The notes under the pieces were generated by a model that saw only the letters and a program-made list of their open reading frames with translations, was not told the origin of the DNA and did no database searches. A program made the translations under genes and the position numbers. A DNA stretch of 63,986 nt, filler included, from Dimargaris cristalligena (lineage: Eukaryota), in the NCBI GenBank assembly GCA_003614675.1. It is 3 parts of 3 records of this genome, joined end to end, with 100 filler letters (N's around TTAATTAATTAA, not from the genome) between each part and the next. Parts side by side here need not be neighbours in the genome. Positions count along the whole stretch, not along the records: positions 22,021 to 43,821 come from ML002651.1; 2 more parts are not named here. One strand, written 5' to 3'. The first letter of the stretch is position 1. Each line of letters opens with the position of its first letter. Positions 23,453 to 35,118 of this stretch are shown here, piece by piece.

Positions 23453-26202
23453 CTCTAACCCTTCGTGGCTGGTGATTATCAGGGTGGGTTAAAAAAGGCG
23501 ATAAAGTCCCCATCCCGTCATTTGAGTAAGCAGGCCTAGTAGTGGTATCAGCACTGTGCCTGCTGCCAGTTGTTGATTTTGTCTTCCATTTTATTTTGGT
23601 GATTCTTTGCATTTCAGATAGCCAATAAACTCCACTACATTTAAAACATGCTACAATTCTTCGCCAAACTCCCGGCCTTGAAGTTCTGTTGGCGGTTTGT
23701 AGTTGGCTCTTCAATAGGCAACAATTTCCCACAGCCTTACCCGAGGTTGATTAAATGTTGCTTTACCGATAACTAAACCCGAGTCTGCCAATAGCTGATT
23801 GGGTATTTACGAGGTAACAGCTCACAGCAATCTAATGCAATATGAAGTTGGCGTATCTCTTCAGTATCTGATCAGTTTGAGTATTGTTTAGTATACCATA
23901 CCGTGATCCGAGGCAATGGTTTCAAGCGGACCAGTCCAATTATTTGGTGTAGACCGCATATGCCCTTTGACGACTGGCATAATTTCATTTAGGATGTTCG
24001 CGGCTATAGAAATTGACTATTTTATTGTTGAATCAAGCACGAATGTAATCTAGTTAATACCAGTACGTTGCCTGTTCTCTACTCCGGCTACCCAGTATTT
24101 TGACGACTTACTACGTGATAAAATATTGTACCCTAAACCATTTTTAACAAAAGTTTGGCCGTCAACACCGACACTGCAATTTAGCAGAAAATTTTGCACG
24201 TATTGTGGTAGCATAGCCACCGATAGATTCACTGTTCAATGAATTAAATGAACGACTTTATCACTATATTATTGTAAATATCTATAAATGTCCTGTTGGT
24301 ATTATTTACCATTATTCTTGGCTTTTTTTGATGGTAGGATACTCTAATGCTTTCCGTACCTCAGCTCTCTCGAGTCCTTTTATCTGACCACGTATCACCA
24401 CAGTCTATAAAGCCACATATGTTCCGATGGCCGTTGTAATGATCGTATAGTACCCCGGAAAATCCATTTCGCTCAGTGCCTCTAGTGTTATTCAGACAAG
24501 GGTTTATGCGAAGTATGCGTTCATGATAGACGTGGATAAATGGGGATGCAAAACGATTGAAAGTGTGATAGTACGGGTTGTGGTTGGGATTGGTGGCCAT
24601 TCGTGCTTTTTGTCAACCGAGGACATCCTTTATAAAAAATCGATGTCTATTAAAACTTGGATGTAATTAGGGTATGATGCGCTAAAGCCGGGATACCTCG
24701 GAAGAATGCAAAGCAGGAATGACTTGGGCGCTCGAAGGGGGACGATAGAAACACGGATAGATGCGCTAATAATAATAATAATATATTGGGCGTTAAACAC
24801 GGGAACCTACAACATTGCAACTATAATGTAATACACCCCAAGGTGTGACCTATTGGCAAAATGCGGGTTAAAACATAAGGCGTGGCTATTCCTCTATTCA
24901 CTCTATGGTGTTATTTTTACTACTAAGCAATACAAAAAAATAAATAAATAAAGGAGGCCATAATTCTATGATGGGGTGGAAGCCAGTGCGAAGGGTATCT
25001 CCGCCTTGGCGACCGAATGTAATATGTAGACATATATCTAAATATAGCCCAATCCCATGTTTGAGGTATTGGTAGCAGTATACGGAAATAGGGGCCCCGG
25101 CCGACCGGGACGGCATCCTTGAGCCAACCATTACTAACCAGTCAGTTCTAATGAGTTCCACAGTACCCCTACCCCACCCAACCCATTCCAGGCATGTTTC
25201 GATTGCCTAGGTCTGACAGTGATTACCTACCCCTCCGCCACAGACTCGGGAGCCACCTGGTCGGCTAACAGAGCGGAAATTTGGCAGTTCTTTGCCTCCC
25301 CCTTCAGCCCCAAGACCGGTTGGCCTTCACTCCTGATGCGGACCAAAGTGGGATGTTGCAACCCCCCTGAGGTTACACCAATGCTATTCTTCCCCCCTGC
25401 GTAATACCACTCATCTAGATCTGGTTATTTGCCAAGTGAGCTAAGTTTACTACAATTTTGTTACCAGAGACCCACCCCCTCTTCTCCGCTCTCCCAATAA
25501 CAAGCAAGAGGAAGGAATCGATGGTAACGTATCCCGCCACATACGCTCCTCGCGATTTCAATTCTGTTAAGCCATGCATGGTGCTAATGGTAATGTAGAG
25601 TATAGAGGCCAAGAAGCACCATGGTTGAGTATGGCGTTATCGCCTACAGTCCAAAAAGACCCCTGGACTATAGGCGATACCGTTGTTGACTATGGTAATA
25701 GTTTGTCTAGATGGATGTTCCTGGGTACGCAAAGCACTGTGCCAAACCAAAGAAACGACTGGAAGTTGGAGTGATGGACCTTCTAGGAACAGTATAAATA
25801 CAAAGCTTCACGGAGACTACCGGTAATTAACTCCTACTCTGTCTTCACCCGACCATAACCGATATGAGCTTTACGATCGACTCGTTTTCTTAAACCCATG
25901 CTTCCACTTTCCCAGTGACTATTGGAAAGGTGGAATATCCATTTATAATATATTATTTGTACTCAGAAATAAATCCGTCATATACAAACCAACAGTCAGG
26001 TAGAGCCTGCTATATCATTTATACTCTCTTGCGCTGTCCTATTTTCAGGAACCATTACACTCTTTATACATTTTACTGCTCACGGATATTATATTATCAG
26101 TCTACACTTGGCTATTCACAACCAGTGACTGTACCCAACTACCCACGCATCTACCCTATTTAACCCCCGAATTGATTCACCCCTTAAGCAACCGCCTTAA
26201 CC

Positions 26203-26997
26203 ATGTGGCAGTCTATTCTTAAATGCCGGACTCTTATTTTGGCAATCCTGGCTACGCAAACCCTGCGGATGGCCCAAGTTCAAGCAGATCCGATGATAAC
26301 TCTGGATCCTTCCGCGGGTCCCGACGCTCTGTTCCCCTACGGGTACGGGATGATAAAACTCCCCCCCGCGGCTGGCGGCCCTACTACCTCCCCTCCCGAG
26401 GTTGAGGCTTGGGCACCCAATGGACCGTGTCCATTCACCCCCGGTACCGATCACAGTGCCTCCTGGCGTCAACCGGCCGGCTCCGCTCGCCACCCCGCTT
26501 CCTGTGCCGACATCACGGCCTCGGATTCGGGCTCAGATCACGAATACTCGTCCCAGAACCCCGGCGATTTCACCCCCACCACTCCCACTCCCACTCCCAC
26601 CTCCTCCTCCAACCCCTCCCAGAACCGCCGCCCCGTGGTCAACCTCCTGGTCATTGACTTGGATCTAGACAGTCACTTGCGCGGAGGTGTTCGTGTGGAC
26701 CTAAACCTGCTGGGCTTGCTAAGTTTTCGGGTCCAAACGTTCTCAGTGTTCGGGTATGACGCTGATCAAACCCTGATTTATTCCCGCTCCTATTCGGGTA
26801 TCTTCCTGCACATTGGCGGGATGGAAGTCATCAAGGTTAACCTCGGGTCTTGCCAAGGCTTGAACCTGCATACGGTGGTGGTGGTACTGGAGTCGGGCGG
26901 TAAGCGCTACGTTGGTAAGAAGCAACTCGACCAGGACTACTCGGAGCACCCGCAACTCCGGGCCTTTATGGGAAATAGTGAGGTGGACAAGCACTGA
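26203..26997 (+). CDS. Secreted hypothetical protein (264 aa): Pro/Thr linker plus beta-rich C-terminal domain
   Basis: Signal-like MWQSILKCRTLILAILATQTLRMAQVQA-DP, GC-rich single ORF, upstream TATAAATA near 25793. Confidence 0.7.
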   Translation: MWQSILKCRTLILAILATQTLRMAQVQADPMITLDPSAGPDALFPYGYGMIKLPPAAGGPTTSPPEVEAWAPNGPCPFTPGTDHSASWRQPAGSARHPASCADITASDSGSDHEYSSQNPGDFTPTTPTPTPTSSSNPSQNRRPVVNLLVIDLDLDSHLRGGVRVDLNLLGLLSFRVQTFSVFGYDADQTLIYSRSYSGIFLHIGGMEVIKVNLGSCQGLNLHTVVVVLESGGKRYVGKKQLDQDYSEHPQLRAFMGNSEVDKH

Positions 26998-27693
26998 ATG
27001 CCGTCAGTAACTCAAGAGCGAGATTGTACTCTTAGATATTCGACTTTGGTCCATTTCCAACTATTTTAGGAATAGTCGCTATTTATGGTAGCTATTTGTT
27101 TGAATTATATCACATCGTTTTACACCCTGAAATCTTTTTACAGGACCTGGCATTGCCATATTAGATTACTGACAAGTTGTAGTCATAAGGGCCCTTTTTT
27201 ATATTCGAAAAAACCCTAAATGGGGCCACCCTTACTTTTTGTTTTACATTGAAATCACCAGGACAAGAGTTCCCTAATATCTCTGATTAAAGCGGATTGC
27301 ATCATTCACACAACCAGCATAGGGCAGCGACAACTACTGACTGGATTTGCAAAGTTTTCAATAAATCGAAATTTATTTCGAAAATAATAATAATAATAAT
27401 AATAATAATACATGCCTAGTCGGACACACCATTGCCTGGCGAGGCCCTAAATTTTACACAGTGCGACAATTGCGCTAAAGCCACAACATTCTAACAAAAT
27501 CCGGGGCTACAGAGGCCCATTGGGAATAGATAGGGTAGATACACTCTCGGCAGTACACTAATTAACGTTAATGAGCACCCATTCAAGGGCGCACAGGTCA
27601 TGATGGTTCAAGAGAGCCAAGTCCAATAATAATAATAGTAATGGTCATAGTAATAATAGTTGAGAAACCCCTAATAGTAAGGGCGTACAGCTT

Positions 27694-28809
27694 TTACGCG
27701 GTGTGGTTCAGGGTGGTCAGATTTTGGATGATACGGGCCTGCCGACGCTTACTAATCCCAATGGACCGGAGATAGCGGGCAGGAGTTTTATATTGTTCCC
27801 GCATGAACTGGATGGTCATGCGCATAGCTTCCGGCGGCGCATCAATGAATTCCTCAGGCATACCAGTGCCCTGCATGTCCCGCTTCATTTCCTCGATTTG
27901 GCTCCGCATTCCCTCGCGGGTCTTCGTATAGTCGTCAATAATGAGTTCGTCGTCCACCCCGAGCAGGGATAGCAATAGGGCCACGATAATGCCGGTGCGG
28001 TCCTTGCCGTGGGAGCAGTGGACCAAGATGGGGTAGTTCTCCCGGTAGCTAAACGGTTTAATGGCGCGGGTGATTTCTTTGCCCGAATAGCGGAGCAGCC
28101 CGGAGTAGAAGCCGGGTAGGCCAATGTCCTGGAAGACCTCCCGACCCACCGTCTCCAGGACCTCCCGGCGCATACCGCGGAGTTGGTAGTAGCAAATCTT
28201 GCTGCGGGTAATCCAACCCGCGGAACCAAAGACGAACCCGTACCGGAAGCGGGGGCCGATTAAATTGATATTGAGCCGTTTTTGGTGTTGCACCGGGGCC
28301 ATGGGGGACACGTCCGTCGACCAGGTGGCTAGACTACCGACGGAGGACGACATGCGAGAGTCGCTGCTTTCCCCAGTACCTCCCCCACTTTCCGACTCGT
28401 TAGTACTGGCACTCCCCGAGTCCACGGGGCTAGCCGCAGGCGGGTCGTATGCCAAGGCAGTGACGCTATCCAGGACCGGGGACTGGGTGCTGCCAATGGT
28501 GGGGGCCACCAGGGGGAAATGGCTGTACCAAGCGCATTCTTCGTTATTGTGGCACTCTAAATCCGAACGAAGGTCGACGATAGTTTTGATGCCGATGCGT
28601 TTGGTAATCTGCTCGAGGTCTACTTCCGAGGCCCGGTCGGGTCGGGCCGAGCGAAAGAGGAGTCGGGGCAAAATAGGGATCCCTAGACCATCCCCGGTGG
28701 GATTCCGTTGGCGAAGCGATTCCGACACCGAACAGGCCACATCGCGGAAGTTGGAGATGTTTTCAAAGGCGTACTGAAGATCCGCCTCTTGAAGCACCGT
28801 GGCGGCCAT
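27694..28809 (-). CDS. Tyrosine/lipid phosphatase, Y_phosphatase3 (MptpB/IphP-like) family, 371 aa
   Basis: ENISNFRDVA, LFRSA, IKTIVDLRS, active site PILVHCSHGKDRTG, LLGV....IIDDY..T. First ATG at 28809. Confidence 0.9.
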   Translation of the reverse strand: MAATVLQEADLQYAFENISNFRDVACSVSESLRQRNPTGDGLGIPILPRLLFRSARPDRASEVDLEQITKRIGIKTIVDLRSDLECHNNEECAWYSHFPLVAPTIGSTQSPVLDSVTALAYDPPAASPVDSGSASTNESESGGGTGESSDSRMSSSVGSLATWSTDVSPMAPVQHQKRLNINLIGPRFRYGFVFGSAGWITRSKICYYQLRGMRREVLETVGREVFQDIGLPGFYSGLLRYSGKEITRAIKPFSYRENYPILVHCSHGKDRTGIIVALLLSLLGVDDELIIDDYTKTREGMRSQIEEMKRDMQGTGMPEEFIDAPPEAMRMTIQFMREQYKTPARYLRSIGISKRRQARIIQNLTTLNHTA

Positions 28810-30700
28810 GGTCAACTCGAGTGGATAGAGGCAGGGGTTACGGAAACAACAACTATTTGCTAAAGAGGGATGAGAGATGGAGGGAATGAGAGGACCACGG
28901 GAAGAAACGCCGCTGAGCCAGGCAGGGGGCAGACAAAAAGCTCCGAGTATATTGTATAGACGAAAGGAGCGGCGTTTGGAATACCGTTTAGGAACGGCGG
29001 GCACCCAAGCTATACACCTGACGGAGCTGGATAAACGTGAGCGGAAATAGGCCAATTGTAAGGAGGGCGAGAGATATAACCACAGACTAGGTTAATAAGC
29101 AATATTCAAGGGCCCCGACACTTAGGTCACCTGTATGTAATGTAGTGTATAGCTGGTGTGTATGGTAAATAGCTAATTAGAGAACCGTCGTGCATTAAAT
29201 AAAGCCAATAGTGTTAAGGGGCGCGGAGAAACAGGGCCTTATTTATATTAGGGGGGACTGGTGGCCTAAAGGAAAGGAAAGGAAAGGAAAGGGAAGATAT
29301 TATCACAGGGGTTGTTTGGATAGCCGGCCCCATCCAGAGACTCTTCTATAGAATCTGCCCGGAAGAACAATAGCTAAATGGGTATGATTATATGCAATAA
29401 CAGGAACGATGGGAAAAAGAAGGCCCACCCCACCCTAGTCGCCAGAGAGAGAAAGAGAGTGTGGCCTGGTATTGGTTTTGACCAATGGCATAGGCGCATC
29501 GAGCCAATAGCGGATCCGGCATGCTTATACAGGCAGAAACGAATAAAAATAGGCTTTCATTTGATAGGACCCGCACGCCTCGTCTTTTTTCCGGCCCAGC
29601 CAGTCGCATGGGAGGCGGAGAAGCGAGCACACGCTCTACAGCCCCGTCGGTTGGTTGCGCGGGCAGGACGGTTGCTTGGCATACGGGCTAATTTACCAAT
29701 GCCATGGGAGGTGCGTCAATGAGAAGGCCAACGGTAGCAATGAACGGTCGGTTGGCCCATCTCCCTACTTGGCTTGACCCCCCATCACCTTGGCTATCCA
29801 ATCCACCGGGGCCGCCCCCCTTGCTCCCCTCAGCTCCCATTCAGGGCGGCTAAGAAGTTAGGCAGACGGCTACTTACTGGCCCAATTACGGCCTGCATAG
29901 ATGACGCCTATTGATGAAGGCCACTGCTGAACGGCGCGCAACTCTGCACATTGGCAGCGTCTTCTTAAGTAAATCCCAACCTCTTGCATACGTAGGGGGT
30001 CGCGAGGGTGTGGAGTGGGGTGGGTGGATTTTCCTAAACCAGCTAATTATCGGTCCTTATTTCAGCAAGTAATCGCAATAATCGCAGAGGCCCATGGATA
30101 ATCAGCTTGTAAAAGACCACAGAGATCATCGGATGCGATCGTCAGGATTCCAGATGGCACCATGCTAGTTCTGGTATTTGCATTTATCTGCACCATAGTA
30201 ACATCGCCACTGAGCATTATTTGAGTCCAATTTAAACTAGCAATCAATCGCCTATTTTATAGTTCTGGCACTATATTCACGATGGCAGTAACTCAAGCAC
30301 CGCCTACACTAACTCATTGAAACAAAGGATACGGCCCCGTAGCCAGACATTACTTGTTTTATTGAAAAAAATATGCCCTGATTAAGCAGCGCGGTAAATC
30401 ATACGGCAGTGCATGCAGTGGTGAACATAGAAAGGAAAGTATGAACATAATAGTAATAATAATGAAATTTCCAACACAGGAGCATTTGGTAAGGATAGAG
30501 AAAGGCAAGAGTCAGGGAGCAAAAGTAGCGCCCGGCAAAGATACCGCAAAATAGGGCTCTATAACTAATTCAGAAATAATGGGAAAATGTGTGTGTGTGT
30601 ATGTTTTGGTATGACAGTGAAATCCCAAAATATAGCTTCTGTGAACCAGATCAAAAAAGATTTTATCATAAAAAAGAACACCAAAGATGATGCGACCTTC

Positions 30701-33700
30701 CTACTCAATAAGTTTAGCATAATCGTCAAACGACGCCAACAGGGGCAAGTCCGACAGTTTGCTCTTGCGGGGCTTCTTGCTCTTCTTATCCTCGTCGCCA
30801 TTCGCACCACCTTCCTTGGTCTTGCGTTTGATGTCTCGCTTGGTTTTGATGCCGGCCTTCTTGAGAATCGCGTCGAGATAATTGCCGGACGGCGCCGCTT
30901 CTTCGTCGCCACTGTCCTTCTCCGCCCCAAACTCATCATCATCATCATCATCATCACTACCAGCGCCAGCTTCGCCATCCGATGGGACTTCCAGAGGAGC
31001 CGCCAGTTCGTCGTCCTGGAGCAGCATGGCCATCCGATCATCATCGCCCTCATCCTCGTCCTCATCTCCGTTATCGCCATCGCTACCGGAATCGTCGCCC
31101 GACCGGTTAAAGTCCCCGGGCTGGGCGGCTTCGAAGTCCACCTCGAACTCGGCGTCCACATCTAGCAGACCGCCATTCGCCTCTCCGCCGAGTTCCTGTT
31201 GCATCAAAGCCAACGCCTCGGCCTCTTCGGCGGCGTCTTCCTCCGGCCACGCCTCGTCCATACCACTACCACCACCAGCCGCCTCATCATCACCATCGTC
31301 GTCGTCGTGATCCTCATCGGCCCAATCCTCCGAATCCATGAACCGGGTCTTCTGGCCCTCCACCGTCGTCACCGTCACCTTCTTTTCCCGCAGGTACGCG
31401 TAAATGAACCGATCGTCCGCGGGGGCGTCTAAACTCTTCCTTACGGCCTCGGCTCCGCTACCGATTTTAGCCTGATCTAAACCCGCGTAAAACCGCTTCG
31501 ATGACAGAATATGTCGACCCTCCCCGTGGGTGGGATCCGCGGCTTGGACGCGCGGCTGCATAAGCGACATACCCCGCTCGGGAGCTTGGTTCTTCTTGGG
31601 GTTCCGGAACACGAATTTGTCCAGGAAGTTCTGCAGCGAGTAGCTGTACAGATTGGGCGCCGCGATGTTCTGCAGCAGTTGGCGGACGATTTTGACGGCA
31701 TAATAGGCCACGGCCGGGTGGAAGTGGTCCACAAAAGGGAGAATCTCCCAGAGGCACGTGCTATCGGCAAAGGAGAAGAAGGGGTTGGAGTGGAACTGGT
31801 TATAGGTCCGCAAGGTACCTTCGGTGGTCCGGTTGGACGGTTGCTGGAGCGGGACCCGCGGTATTTTCGGGGTAATCTCCTCGGAGCGCCCCTTCCGTTG
31901 CTTTTTAGGTTTCGGAACATTGCTACCGGCCGCGTTCGCCGAAGAAGTGGGGGCTCCACCCGTGCCGGGGGTCTTGGTTTCGGCGGAGGCTGCCGCAGAC
32001 CCGTCGGCCGGTTCGGGGGCGTCTACGAACTTTTCCGACTCATCCACCTCTTCAGCTTGGATGATCAGACTACGCAAGTGGGGCTTGACCTGGAACAACT
32101 CGGTCAACATAAAAAAGACACCGCACACGAACGGAGCATCGTGGAACATGGCCGTCTGGACAATGCGCTTCACAAACGCACTGAGGCGCCGGGGGGAGTT
32201 ATCCAACAACAGACTTCGGTACAGGATGTTGATGTACATGGCCTGCTTGCTGCTGCTTAATAGACGCTGGTCCAGCAGGGACTCGTAGAGCGCCATATAG
32301 TAATGGTCCCAAATATCCGGTTGCGATACGGCCAGTTTCAAAATGAGCATCAGGGCCTGTACCACGGTGTTGAAGTTGGAGAAGGACAGAATCTTGAACA
32401 GCAGTTCGAGGTACTCGGTATAAACCACGTTGTCCAACTGGGCGAAGTTCATGCAACGGTTAATACCGGTCAGAATGGCGGTGATGAGTTTGGTGTAGTG
32501 GAGCTCGGCGCGTTCCAGACTTTCCTTGGCGTCTACCTTGGCCTTGACCGCCTGGATGCGGGTATTCCGTTGATCGCGCTGGGCACGGCGGGTGGCTCCC
32601 TCATCGGGCAGATTCCGCCAGCGCTTCTTGTCCCGGGGCTTGCCGGGTTCGGCCGGGCCGTGGGGGTTTTTGGGGTTCCATCTAAACGGCTTATGTACCG
32701 GCTTGGTCGGCAAAGTAGACTTGGGCGGCTCGTCGTTGGCCAGCAGAACCTGGCGGAACAATTGGATGTAGATTTCCATCAGGCGGTTGGACGTCACTGG
32801 GTCGTCGTCGTAGAGCACCACTTGGTTGAGAGTAGCCACGCTGTAGTAATAAGCGGTATCGTGGGTCGAGCTTTTGTTGACCACCTCGGCCAGCGCATTG
32901 ACGACCGCAATGGACATGTTAGGGAACGTGGCCATCAACTGCATGAGCAGATGGTTGACTTTGTTACGAATCGAGGGGTCGGAGTCTCCCATCTTGTTAC
33001 AGAGGATGCGCAGCAAATTCTGTTCCTGTTCGGGGCGTTGCGTCAACAACGAAAAGACGCTCTCCATCGCCGCGCGCCGGATATGGGTGACCGTGTCAAA
33101 GGCACCGGTTTCCAGGATGCGCACGAAGCTGTAGAAGCTCCGCTTGAGATTATCCTCAAAGTACCAGGCCACCAAATGCTGGGGCGTCACGTCCGGGTGG
33201 CCGTGGGGCTGATCGGCAAAGTAAGCCAATTTGCGTTCGGGCAGCATATCGGTGACGAACAAATCGGTCAAACTGGTCAAAGCAACCAGTCCGGCGTCCC
33301 GATTGCCCCGCGTGACCATGCCCATTAATTGGGCTAGCTTCTCGAGGTTGTGGGCCGGGGAACTTTGGATGGCGAGCGCTAAGGCGGAAATCCGATCGCC
33401 CGAGGTACCCTTATGCATCACCATATTGGCGAACCGCCGGTCGCCGGACGAGAGGTGCGGGTTGGACGTAAAGCTGGCCAGTTCCCGCTCGTAGAATTTC
33501 TCGGCCATCGCCAGTCGTTCATCGATGACGGACTTCGCGAGGGTCTCCAGATAAGGATGCTCGTCGAGGTGCAGGGCGGGTAGGGCATACCATTTGGAGG
33601 AGGCATCGAACAACGGGGTTTTTCTAAAGTAACCGATGCTCTGCAGACGACTGTTGGTCACGGGAATGGGGATATCGGCGGCCGGGGGTTCCGATTCGTC

Positions 33701-33887
33701 GGCCAGATTCATTTCGTCTTCACTGTCGCTCTCGCTGTCACTAGAACTGGAACTGGAGCTGTCGGAGGCATCGTCCTCGCTATCATTCTCACTGGAATCA
33801 TCGGTGACATCACTTTCACTAGAACTATCAGCGACATCCTCGCTAGACGACGCCGAATTTGGGTTAGCCGGTTCAGCCTGTAGGATA

Positions 33888-33925
<38 letters not shown>

Positions 33926-34181
33926 TAGATGCGTAACACGTCGAGGAGAGAGGGTGTAAGTAATATAGAAACGTAGGTGTGTGTGGGGAGGGGGGTTGGT
34001 CCAACACCACCACCGGTTATGCCAGGTATTATTCAGTGAGCAGTGCAGTAGCACGCGACGTCCCCAAGTCAACGGAGCGGGTTTAGTAGTGGTGGGAGTT
34101 ATGTTGGCTTACCTCAGGAACGACCGCCTTGGGCTTAGTCGCGGGGTGGCTGTTGGATTTCACTTCCGATTTTCTCGCCAT
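30701..34181 (-). CDS. MAK21: 60S ribosome biogenesis factor Mak21/Noc1 (CEBPZ, CBF family), about 1081 aa, 2 exons
   Basis: Exons 34181-34113 and 33877-30701 (GTAAGC...CAG, phase 0). GTSGDRISAL, PEQEQNLLRILCNKMGD, ILTGINR, SSSKQAMYIN, HFHPAV, FLDKFVFRNPKK, acidic tail ending LPLLASFDDYAKLIE. Confidence 0.95.
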
Positions 34182-35118
34182 GGCGTATAGGTCGGTCAAG
34201 CAGCTGGATAAGGAGCGTGCCGGGAAATACTAGGGGCCTGGAAAGGTCAAGTAAAAGAAGCCCAACGGAAATGCAGGCAGTTGATTCAAGCGAAAAAAAG
34301 GAATCGGGGAAATAGTACTGTACTAGGCACTCGAGAGAATAGTAGCAATGCCGCCTACTAGAGTATAGTATAGTTTAGCGAGCTTGGGCGAATGGCAAAT
34401 TCAGGTTAGGCTAGTTGGGCTAATGAAGGCTGTTTTTTTCTTTGATTTTCCTGGATATTCGTGGTTTTTTATTTCACAGCGCAGTGTTTTTTTTCTTGGG
34501 CAATTTAATCCATCATCCGGGCCCGCGCTCTATAAATCCATTCTGGCTCAGAGCTGGTTATATTATTTCCCATAGCTGATCATATTATTTCCCATTACCA
34601 TCCCGGATTCATCGTAGTTGATTGGCTGGATATGGTACTATACTAATTACACTGTATAGTACGCTATATGTGCCATCCTCTCACTAGGCTCGGCCATTAG
34701 ATGGCATCAACCACACAAATTACCAACCTAGGTGAAAATTGCATCATAGAGTTCTGTTCTCAGACTGCCTATTCGAATACTTTATTGGTGGGTATTTACT
34801 GCTCTGTATGTTTATTAATACAAGCTAGATATTCACAAGCCGCATCGCCCATTTAATTACCCCGAATACCCGAGTGAGAAAATGAGAAGCAATGGGTCAA
34901 TCAATACAGACATTAGTCACAAATAACATAAACGTGCACCACTTTAAGCAGGTGTTTGCCACGCATCAAAGCCTTAATCTGCGAATGAATGTTTGAATCC
35001 TCCCAATGGTGGCGGGGTGAGAAGGGGGGGGGGATAAAAGCAAAACACAAAGGATAAGCTAGATCTACAATAAAATCAATAACTGTGGAATGTCCAAACG
35101 ACCTTGAATTTTTTTAGA

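Noticed and set aside
17422..33494. Many long antisense or overlapping ORFs (e.g. 17690-18355, 19709-20068, 31511-32260, 32303-33328)
   Set aside because: Shadow frames of GC-rich or low-complexity real genes.
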